From contig JBAQAB010000311.1 in the NCBI GenBank assembly GCA_049285535.1, positions 1-54,427 of the forward strand: a stretch of 54,427 nucleotides of DNA. The letters are read 5' to 3'. The notes under the pieces are model-generated. The model saw only the letters and a program-made list of their open reading frames with translations, had not been told where the DNA came from and ran no database searches. How positions within the stretch are numbered: position 1 is the first letter of the stretch; every line of letters starts with the position of its first letter. Position numbers and translations under genes: made by a program. The stretch comes from Xanthobacteraceae bacterium (GTDB lineage Bacteria > Pseudomonadota > Alphaproteobacteria > Rhizobiales > Xanthobacteraceae). Positions 38,553 through 45,721 of this stretch are shown in pieces.

Positions 38553-40331
38553 CTACTCGGCGGCAGCGGCAGCCGGTGCGCGCACTGGCGCGCCGTGAGT
38601 GTGCGGGATCTTGTCGGCGAACACTTCGACGAAGTGATCGGTCTCGCCGCTTCCGGTAAACGGCTGCAAGGCCTCGTCGGTATAAGCGCTCGCGGCCGGA
38701 TCCGCGACAACCCGTGCCATGATGCGGCGGTAGCGCCAAACGAGCCGCAGCCATTGCGCGATGGTTTTGAGAAAATCAAACGCCCGCCAAGGATAGAACA
38801 CAATTGGATTGACCGTGGGCATGCCGGAGCGGCGCTGTTGGCGCAATTTGCGGCGGAAAAATCCGAACTGCAACGGATGCACGCCCTCGATCCGCGCCGC
38901 GCCAGAGAAGATAGTCAGCGAATCCAGAAGTTTTGTGCGATTGATGCCCGAGGCGATGCAGCGGCGCATGATCGTCTCGACGTGTTCGTCAGTGTAGTAG
39001 CGCTTCCACGCGTCGGCATAGACCTGCGACCAGGTTTCTTTCGACATCAGCGGATGCGCGGTGCACGCATGTTCGAGATCGTATTTGTTCAAGTCGGGGT
39101 CCATCGCCACCCCGCGCATGTACAAATTCTTGTGGTCCTCCGAGCCCGGCAGCGGCGTCAGATAGAAGAATTCGAGGATGTCGACTGGCAGTTCCTTCTT
39201 GATGATCTCGATATCGCGCGCGATCGTTTCGGGCGTATCGGTCGGAAAGCCTAGAATATAGCCGGCATAGGTCATGACTTTCTGCTTGCGCCAGGCCAGC
39301 AGCATTTCTCGATATTCCCAGATCTTGTTCTGGCGCTTCTTGGCGCCCATCAGGGATTCCGGATTGATGTTTTCCAGGCCCAGGAAGATCGCGGTGCAGC
39401 CGGCGCGTGCCGCCTTCTCGATGAAATTCGGGATGCGGTGGCAAAGCGTGTCGACCTGCAGCAGTAGCCGGATGTTGAATTTGTGCGTCTCGCGCAGTTC
39501 GATCAGCCGGTCGAGAATCGGTTCCCAGTTGCGGTTGCGCGCAAAATTATCGTCGGTGATGAAAAACCGCGTGATGTTCTGCGCCGCGTTCGCCCGCACA
39601 ATGGCCTCAACGTCGTCCGGTGTGCGGTAACGCGATTTACGGCCCTGCACATTGATGATGGTGCAGAAGCTGCATTGGAAAGGGCAGCCGCGGCCGGCAT
39701 CGAAGCTCGAATAATGACCGGCGACCCGCGTCACCACATGGCGCGGCAGAATCGGATAAACCGCCGCCGCCATTTCCGGCATATCGTTGAGATAGTTGTA
39801 GATCGGCTTGGCGTTGCCGCCGGCGACGTCGCGCAGCACCTCGGCCATGCGGCCTTCGGCCTCTCCGGCGAACAGATGAACGCCGAGGTCGAGCGCTTCC
39901 TGCAGTTCCGCGGGCAGCTTCGGTAACATCGAGATGCAGCCGGACAGATGAAAGCCGCCCATAACGACGGTAAGACCGTGGGCGCGGAACCGCCGGGTGA
40001 GGTCGAGGGCCCGCGGATATTGGTTCGATTGCACGCCGATCAGGCCGACCATGCCGGCGCCGGCGGCGCGGATGCGCTTGGCGACGCCGGCGACATCGAC
40101 GATCGTGTTGCACTCGTCGCAGACCTCGACTTCGATATCGACGTCCGGTCCGAGCACGCGGTTTTGCGCGCACTCCACGATCAGTCCGTGAACGCTCGCC
40201 AGACTGTTCGAGGGAATCAGCGAACGCAGCCACTGGATGACGTAACCGTCGCGGTCGTAATGCGACGGCTTGATCAGGGCGACATGAAATGTGCGTGTCG
40301 CCGAGGTCTTGTGCGCCAAGCTCCCGTGCAA
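38553..40331 (-). CDS. B12-binding domain radical SAM protein (592 aa), stand-alone
   Basis: N-terminal Rossmann-like B12-binding region, then the radical SAM motif GRGCPFQCSFCT, then a long C-terminal extension. TTG start with GAAGGGG SD 6 nt upstream. Its stop abuts the plsY stop with zero spacer. Confidence 0.8.
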   Translation of the reverse strand: MHGSLAHKTSATRTFHVALIKPSHYDRDGYVIQWLRSLIPSNSLASVHGLIVECAQNRVLGPDVDIEVEVCDECNTIVDVAGVAKRIRAAGAGMVGLIGVQSNQYPRALDLTRRFRAHGLTVVMGGFHLSGCISMLPKLPAELQEALDLGVHLFAGEAEGRMAEVLRDVAGGNAKPIYNYLNDMPEMAAAVYPILPRHVVTRVAGHYSSFDAGRGCPFQCSFCTIINVQGRKSRYRTPDDVEAIVRANAAQNITRFFITDDNFARNRNWEPILDRLIELRETHKFNIRLLLQVDTLCHRIPNFIEKAARAGCTAIFLGLENINPESLMGAKKRQNKIWEYREMLLAWRKQKVMTYAGYILGFPTDTPETIARDIEIIKKELPVDILEFFYLTPLPGSEDHKNLYMRGVAMDPDLNKYDLEHACTAHPLMSKETWSQVYADAWKRYYTDEHVETIMRRCIASGINRTKLLDSLTIFSGAARIEGVHPLQFGFFRRKLRQQRRSGMPTVNPIVFYPWRAFDFLKTIAQWLRLVWRYRRIMARVVADPAASAYTDEALQPFTGSGETDHFVEVFADKIPHTHGAPVRAPAAAAAE

Positions 40332-40527
40332 CGGACACCCCTTCGGAATGGAACGACGACCCCAGCGGCCTTGCGGCGGCCAGCCGAGACTCTGCGGCTT
40401 TGCCTGCCGTTTTGCAACAATTACCTTGGGTTCCGAATCCCGCGCGCCGCCAGCGTGGCGAATGCTTTGCGCCTGAAGCCACTAAACTCTCTAAGATTTC
40501 CGGTAAAGGCCGGCCCGTGGTCCGTGC

Positions 40528-40956
40528 CTATTTGGCACGTTCTTGGAGGCCTTCGGCAAGTTTCACCAGCGCCAATCGCAGCTTGTCGTCGGTGATCCCT
40601 GCAAACGCCTTGAGTAGCCTTGCCGCATGTGGCTGGGACGTGATCTCAGTCAACGGATCGTGGCCCCATTGATCGTCACCGCCCGACTCGGCAAACAGCG
40701 CTCCGACCCCGACGCCGAGAACGGTGGCGACCTTTTTCAATCGGCTGCTTCCGATCCGGTTCGTCCCACGCTCGTATTTTTGAATCTGCTGGAACGTGAC
40801 ACCGACTTTTTCGCCGAGCGTTGTTTGCGACATTCCCAAGCTGAGCCGATAGGCGCGCACACGTCGCCCCACCAGCGCGTCAACGGGTTCGATGCGCTTT
40901 GCCATTACGCGCGCCTCCGATACATCCAGCGTCGTCGGCTTGCCGCGGTCGAGCAT
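40528..40956 (-). CDS. XRE-family helix-turn-helix transcriptional regulator
   Basis: VGRRVRAYRLSLGMSQTTLGEKVGVTFQQIQKYERGTNRIGSSRL is the HTH_XRE core. The alternative start is MAKR at 40905. Confidence 0.8.
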   Translation of the reverse strand: MLDRGKPTTLDVSEARVMAKRIEPVDALVGRRVRAYRLSLGMSQTTLGEKVGVTFQQIQKYERGTNRIGSSRLKKVATVLGVGVGALFAESGGDDQWGHDPLTEITSQPHAARLLKAFAGITDDKLRLALVKLAEGLQERAK

Positions 40957-41003
40957 TAAATGCGTTCTCCAGCCTGTGGGAGCCTAGGCATCTGCCGGGG
41001 GGC

Positions 41004-41049
41004 GTCCAATTCTGAATTTCTATGGGGGGGCCGCCGAACGAGATAGCTC
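41004..41049 (+). repeat. 46-bp direct repeat, copy 1
   Basis: GTCCAATTCTGAATTTCTATGGGGGGGCCGCCGAACGAGATAGCTC matches 41964-42009 at 42 of 46 positions, exactly 960 bp apart. Confidence 0.9.
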
Positions 41050-41100
41050 CGGGTCGCGACATCAAAAACACAGTGCCGAGGGTCGCGCTCGAGCCAACGG

Positions 41101-41832
41101 CTACTCCCAGATGCCGGCCGGCATCGGTAAATCTACGTACTGCGACTCGTCGATACGGCCCGCGAGCGCCACATTATAGCGGTCCAAAATCACTTGGAGC
41201 TGACGCACATGCTGCGCCATGTGCCACACCGAACGCTCAAGAAAGTGATGCGATGGCTGCACCCCGTAAAATGTCTTCACCGTCCAAGTGAACGAGCGAT
41301 CCGGCAGGATTAGCCAGTAAGAGCGGAGCCGATCCGCGATGCGCTCGCCGAAATGCCGGACGTCGCGGCTGGTCTTCACGTCATCCGGGGGCGGATCGTC
41401 GAAATATTTGTCAAAGTGCTCCTCGCCATTCTCGGCGTTTTCCAGAAACGCGTAAGGCACCTGGAAAATGTGGTACGATAAATCGTGGACGGTACGATTG
41501 CGATTGGTGATCGCTAGCGCGTGCAAATGCTGCTGCGGAACATTGTCGATCAGCTCAAGCGCGATGTCGCAGAAGTAGAACCAGCGCTCCATCAGTTTGG
41601 CCGGCGAAAGACGGTCAAAACCGACCTCGCGGCCAAGAAATTTGGCCACATCATCGAGCGACTGGGCGCAAACGAATTCTCTGCCGCGCGAAACAACCGG
41701 AAAACCACACGCGCCCATATCGCGAAGGTCACACTCGGCATTCGGATCGGTCAGGATGTTGACCGACTGATACGGCACGCCAAGCGTATTGAGAAATTCC
41801 TTCACCCTTGCGCACGACGAACACCCCGGCAT
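41101..41832 (-). CDS. glutaredoxin/thioredoxin-fold (CxxC) - DinB-like fusion protein
   Basis: N-terminus MPGCSSCARVKEFLNTLGVPYQSVNI... is Grx-like. The C-terminal helical domain has a His pattern (HDLSYH ... WHMAQHVRQL) reminiscent of the DinB/YfiT fold. An in-frame TGA immediately precedes the ATG, and the frame continues upstream to ATG 41907. Confidence 0.6.
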   Translation of the reverse strand: MPGCSSCARVKEFLNTLGVPYQSVNILTDPNAECDLRDMGACGFPVVSRGREFVCAQSLDDVAKFLGREVGFDRLSPAKLMERWFYFCDIALELIDNVPQQHLHALAITNRNRTVHDLSYHIFQVPYAFLENAENGEEHFDKYFDDPPPDDVKTSRDVRHFGERIADRLRSYWLILPDRSFTWTVKTFYGVQPSHHFLERSVWHMAQHVRQLQVILDRYNVALAGRIDESQYVDLPMPAGIWE

Positions 41833-41963
41833 TCAGAATACGCGCAAGCCGTCGGCAATCGAAGTGATGCTACCCGCTGTTTCAACGGCGGCACCTTCGA
41901 TGCGCATTGGCGATCTCCCATAATCAAAGCAGCCGAAGCGAAGCTAAGGAGCCTCCTCGGAAT

Positions 41964-42009
41964 GTCCAATTCTGACTTTCTATGGGGGGGCCAGCGAACG
42001 AGATAGTTC
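41964..42009 (+). repeat. 46-bp direct repeat, copy 2 (overlaps the last 9 codons and stop of the LysR gene)
   Basis: GTCCAATTCTGACTTTCTATGGGGGGGCCAGCGAACGAGATAGTTC. Confidence 0.9.
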
Positions 42010-42939
42010 TGCCGGCGGTGTAATCAGCGAAACGCCCTGCCAGGTGCCGTCGGCGACCAGTTCACGGACCAAAGATTTCAGCGTCAGCGCGACGGTGTCG
42101 ATGGCGGGACTGTGCTGGCCCACATCGGAAAAGCACAGCGCGACTGGCCGAACCAGCTTCGCTTCGGCGAAGCGCCGCCAATTGAGCACGGCTCCCTTTT
42201 TGCCGTCATAGAGCTCGCACCAGGGCAAGATCGAGTTGCCGATACCCGCTGAAATGGCATGCAGAAGCGTGATGTGTGTATCGATTTCGCCGATGGGCGT
42301 GACGGTTAGTCCGTGTTGCCTGAACACTTGCTGGGCGGCGCGTTGGCTGGCGCTGCCGGGACCGGGCAACAGTAGCGGGCGTTGCGCCGCTTCGGCGACC
42401 GCGATCGGCGAGGGATCGGGATCCGCCGTCACATAGAAGAGCTCCTCCTGGAGCAGCGATTCGACGACAAGACCTCGCTCGGCTTGGCCGGTGAACAGCA
42501 CGGCGATGTCGAGGCGGCCATTGATCAGCCGCTCGCGCAGAAGCGAACTGTTGCCGTCGGTGAGATATAGCAGGATTTGCGGATGCGCCTTTCGCATGCG
42601 CGCGAACAGCTCATAGCCGATGAGTGGCGTCCAAGCGACCGGAAGTCCGATAGACACCCGGCCCGCGGGCTCGTTGAGCGCGCTTGTCGCATCGAGCTTG
42701 GCCTGTTCGACGTGACGGAGGATCACCTCGGCGTGGCGATAAAGAACGTTTCCTGCTTCGGTGAGCAGGATGCCCTTCGGACCGCGCGTGACCAGTTGCT
42801 TCTCGAGCTCGGACTCCAGGCTGGCGAGATGATGACTGATCGCCGACTGTGCGACATGCAGCTGGTCCGCGGCGCGCGACAGGCTGCCCGCCTGCACGAT
42901 CCCGACGAAATAACGAAGCTGGCGCAGATCCATGCACAA
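41980..42939 (-). CDS. LysR family transcriptional regulator
   Basis: MDLRQLRYFVGIVQAGSLSRAADQLHVAQSAISHHLASLE is the LysR HTH. Divergent from a TctC gene. Confidence 0.88.
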   Translation of the reverse strand: MCMDLRQLRYFVGIVQAGSLSRAADQLHVAQSAISHHLASLESELEKQLVTRGPKGILLTEAGNVLYRHAEVILRHVEQAKLDATSALNEPAGRVSIGLPVAWTPLIGYELFARMRKAHPQILLYLTDGNSSLLRERLINGRLDIAVLFTGQAERGLVVESLLQEELFYVTADPDPSPIAVAEAAQRPLLLPGPGSASQRAAQQVFRQHGLTVTPIGEIDTHITLLHAISAGIGNSILPWCELYDGKKGAVLNWRRFAEAKLVRPVALCFSDVGQHSPAIDTVALTLKSLVRELVADGTWQGVSLITPPAELSRSLAPP

Positions 42940-43066
42940 CTTTCTGTTGCGCGAGCCACTTTTGCTCTAGATTTTGTCGACCGGCGCGGAGGTCGCTGAC
43001 AACGTCATCACTCTACTCGTTTTGCGAGCATCGACAAAGTCAGGCGACCCGATCTTGGAGGCGACC

Positions 43067-44038
43067 ATGAAATTGTCGGCTTTTCTCCTCGTGGTCTTGA
43101 TCTGCGCCGTACAGGCGGCGTCGGCCACGGCGAACTGGCCGGGGACAAAGCCACTCAAATTCGAGGTCATCGCTGCGGCCGGCGGCTTGATCGATTTTGT
43201 GCCACGCGAGCTGTCGAACGATCTCTCCGCCTCCATCGGTGTGCCGGTGATCGTGGAAAATCGACCGGGCGCCGGCGGCAACATTGCCGCAGGTATCGTG
43301 GCGAAGGCTGAACCCGACGGCCACACGCTCTTGGTCACCAGCACAAATCAGGTCGTCAATCCGACGCTATTGCCCAACCCGGGCTTCGATTACGCGCGCG
43401 ACCTCGTCCCGGTATCGATGGTTGTGACGGCGAAAATGCTGCTCGTCGCGGCACCGGCCTTTCCCGCCAAAGACATTACCGGCGTCATTACAATCGCAAA
43501 ACAAAAACCCAAGTCCGTCAGCATCGCCATTGCGGCGATCGGCACGCCGCTTCACCTCGCGGCGGAAATGCTGGCGCAATACGGCAATATCGACCTCACT
43601 TTTGTGCCCTACGACAGCATCACCCAGGCGATGCCCGACGTGATGGCGAACCGGGTGGACTTGGCGGTTGGCGCCATGTCAACGCTGCTGCCACAAGTCC
43701 GGCGGGGCGCCCTGAAGGCGCTAGCGGTGATATCGCCGCAGCGGTCGCCGCTCGCGCCTGAAATACCGACGTCGGCGGAAGCGGGTTTGCCGGCCCTGCA
43801 GATCGACAATTGGATGTGCATCATGACCACCGGCGGCACGCCGGCGCCCGTGATCGCACGCTTGGATATGGAAATCGGCAAGGCCTTGGCGCTTCCCGCG
43901 GTCCGCGATGCCTTCGCCAAGCAGGGCGTTGACGTCTACCACATGGGTCCGCAGCAGCTTGGCAAATTTCTCCACGCGGAAACCGCGCGCTACAGCAGCC
44001 TGCTTGAGCACTCGCGAGTAAGGCCCACCTCGCAGTGA
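43067..44038 (+). CDS. tripartite tricarboxylate transporter substrate-binding protein (Bug/TctC family)
   Basis: GGAGG SD. MKLSAFLLVVLICAVQAASA signal peptide, then the Bug-family fold pattern (VENRPGAGGNIA, VPYDS). Confidence 0.8.
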   Translation: MKLSAFLLVVLICAVQAASATANWPGTKPLKFEVIAAAGGLIDFVPRELSNDLSASIGVPVIVENRPGAGGNIAAGIVAKAEPDGHTLLVTSTNQVVNPTLLPNPGFDYARDLVPVSMVVTAKMLLVAAPAFPAKDITGVITIAKQKPKSVSIAIAAIGTPLHLAAEMLAQYGNIDLTFVPYDSITQAMPDVMANRVDLAVGAMSTLLPQVRRGALKALAVISPQRSPLAPEIPTSAEAGLPALQIDNWMCIMTTGGTPAPVIARLDMEIGKALALPAVRDAFAKQGVDVYHMGPQQLGKFLHAETARYSSLLEHSRVRPTSQ

Positions 44039-44086
44039 GGGGCGTACGTTCGGCGGTCACCCGCCCGCTCCATTTCTCCAATAAAT

Positions 44087-45244
44087 TTGAGCCCCGCGAC
44101 CGCCCCAACCAATGTAAGCTATGGTTGCACTCTGAGCTCGGAAACTCTTTGCCATTTTGGGGGCGAAGTGGGCGAGGAAACGGAACCCATCCGATTGACG
44201 GATGAGCAGCGGCTCGATTGGCTCCGCCTCATCCGCAGCCAGAACGTCGGGCCGCGCGGTGTTATGGCCCAAACGCCACAGGCGCGCCGCGGCGGCGGCA
44301 ATGCGGCGCCGCAAATCTATTCGCGCGAAGAGGCGATGCGCGAAATCGAAGCTTCGTACAAGCTTGGTGTAAGCTTTGCCGCAATCGGCGAGACCGATTA
44401 TCCGCGGCGCCTGCAAATGATCGACGATGCGCCGCCTTTGATCGCGATCCGCGGCCATGTCGCGGCGCTGGCGATGCCGCAAGTGGCGATCGTCGGCTCG
44501 CGCAATGCTTCGGCCGGCGGCGTGAAGTTGACGCAACGCATCGTGCATGGATTAGCCGAGGCGGGATTTGCCATCGTCTCCGGATTGGCGCGCGGCATCG
44601 ATGCCGCCGCGCATCGCGCCAGTCTTGAAACCGGCACGGTCGCGGTTCTTGCCGGCGGCCAGGATCGCGTCTATCCGCCCGAGCACCTCGATCTACTCGA
44701 CGGCATTTTGGCGACCGGTGTCGCCTTGACCGAAATGCCGCTCGGCTGGGAACCCCGCGTGCGCGATTTCCCGCGGCGCAATCGGCTGATTTCCGGGCTG
44801 GCGCTCGGTGTCGTGATCGTCGAAGCCGCTAAGCGATCGGGTTCGCTGATCACGGCGCGGCTTGCGCTCGAACAAGGCCGCGAGGTCTTCGCCATGCCGG
44901 GCTCGCCGCTTGATCCCCGCGCCGAGGGCACCAACAGCCTCATCAAGCAAGGCGCAACGCCGGTCACCGAAGCTGCCGATATTATTACCGTGCTGCGACC
45001 GATCATGGGACAGCTTCCCGCGCGCGAGCCGGAAGAGGAGGAGATGGAGGCCGTGGGCAACATCGAGCCGGCGCCGGACGAGCGAACTAGGATCGTGGCG
45101 TTGTTGAGCCCTACTGCGGTTTCAAACGACGATCTGATCCGATTGTCACAGAGTTCTCCCCGCATAGTGCGGATGGTGCTGTTGGAGCTGGAAATTGCCG
45201 GACGGCTGGAACGGCACGGCGGCGGAATGGTATCACTGCTGTAA
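44087..45244 (+). CDS. dprA: DNA-processing protein DprA
   Basis: [21 protein letters not shown]..., Rossmann-like core [11 protein letters not shown]...[12 protein letters not shown]...GSLITAR, and a C-terminal winged-helix region. TTG start is uncertain; GTG 44168 is an alternative. Confidence 0.8.
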   Translation: MSPATAPTNVSYGCTLSSETLCHFGGEVGEETEPIRLTDEQRLDWLRLIRSQNVGPRGVMAQTPQARRGGGNAAPQIYSREEAMREIEASYKLGVSFAAIGETDYPRRLQMIDDAPPLIAIRGHVAALAMPQVAIVGSRNASAGGVKLTQRIVHGLAEAGFAIVSGLARGIDAAAHRASLETGTVAVLAGGQDRVYPPEHLDLLDGILATGVALTEMPLGWEPRVRDFPRRNRLISGLALGVVIVEAAKRSGSLITARLALEQGREVFAMPGSPLDPRAEGTNSLIKQGATPVTEAADIITVLRPIMGQLPAREPEEEEMEAVGNIEPAPDERTRIVALLSPTAVSNDDLIRLSQSSPRIVRMVLLELEIAGRLERHGGGMVSLL

Positions 45245-45259
45245 ACGCGCCGCTCGACG

Positions 45260-45439
45260 CTATTCCTTGGCAGCCTGGTCGGCTTCGAGCCGCGCCATCT
45301 CCAAAATATAACTCAACGTATCGAGGCCGTTGCGTCGCGCGAGTACGGCAAGCTCTTGTACCAACGTTGCGATGTACTGCGCCGCACTATCGGGGGTTTC
45401 GTGCCCATTCGGCTCGTTCTTATCGTCGCGGTTTAGCAT
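45260..45439 (-). CDS. hypothetical 59-aa protein (below ORF-track cutoff)
   Basis: ATG 45439 to TAG 45260: MLNRDDKNEPNGHETPDSAAQYIATLVQELAVLARRNGLDTLSYILEMARLEADQAAKE. An amphipathic helical pattern I recall as a conserved small protein in Rhizobiales. Confidence 0.45.
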   Translation of the reverse strand: MLNRDDKNEPNGHETPDSAAQYIATLVQELAVLARRNGLDTLSYILEMARLEADQAAKE

Positions 45440-45721
45440 TTTGAGTTGCGAGCTATGAGTGGGATTAGACCCCGGCGGTGACCGAAGAGGCCACGCGCCA
45501 CATATACCTTTAAGTTGCGCAGTTTACGAATACAACCAATGAGAGTGTATTAAAGGTGCCGGCTTTTTGCCCCTATTGGTGCGCATTCGCCGGTTACCGG
45601 CATGGCGCTTGCCACCAGTAACGATTTGACAGGTGGGGTTGCATTACCCATGTTCCCGGCGGCCTGCCCGCCGACAGTCATGAGCTAATAGGCGAAACGG
45701 CCGTTAAATCATTGGGTTATC

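Noticed and set aside
39637-40482. 281-aa minus-strand ORF starting in the XRE-rSAM spacer, considered as a possible precursor peptide or partner of the rSAM enzyme
   Set aside because: It runs out of frame through the rSAM coding region. The part within the spacer (MASGAKHSPRWRRAGFGTQGNCCKTAGK...) has no SD and looks like off-frame noise.
41833-41835. Selenocysteine reading of the in-frame TGA in the Grx-DinB gene
   Set aside because: The TGA does not replace a redox Cys; the CSSC motif is intact three codons downstream. I could not see a convincing SECIS-type hairpin just downstream. It is kept only as a low-probability alternative in the finding.
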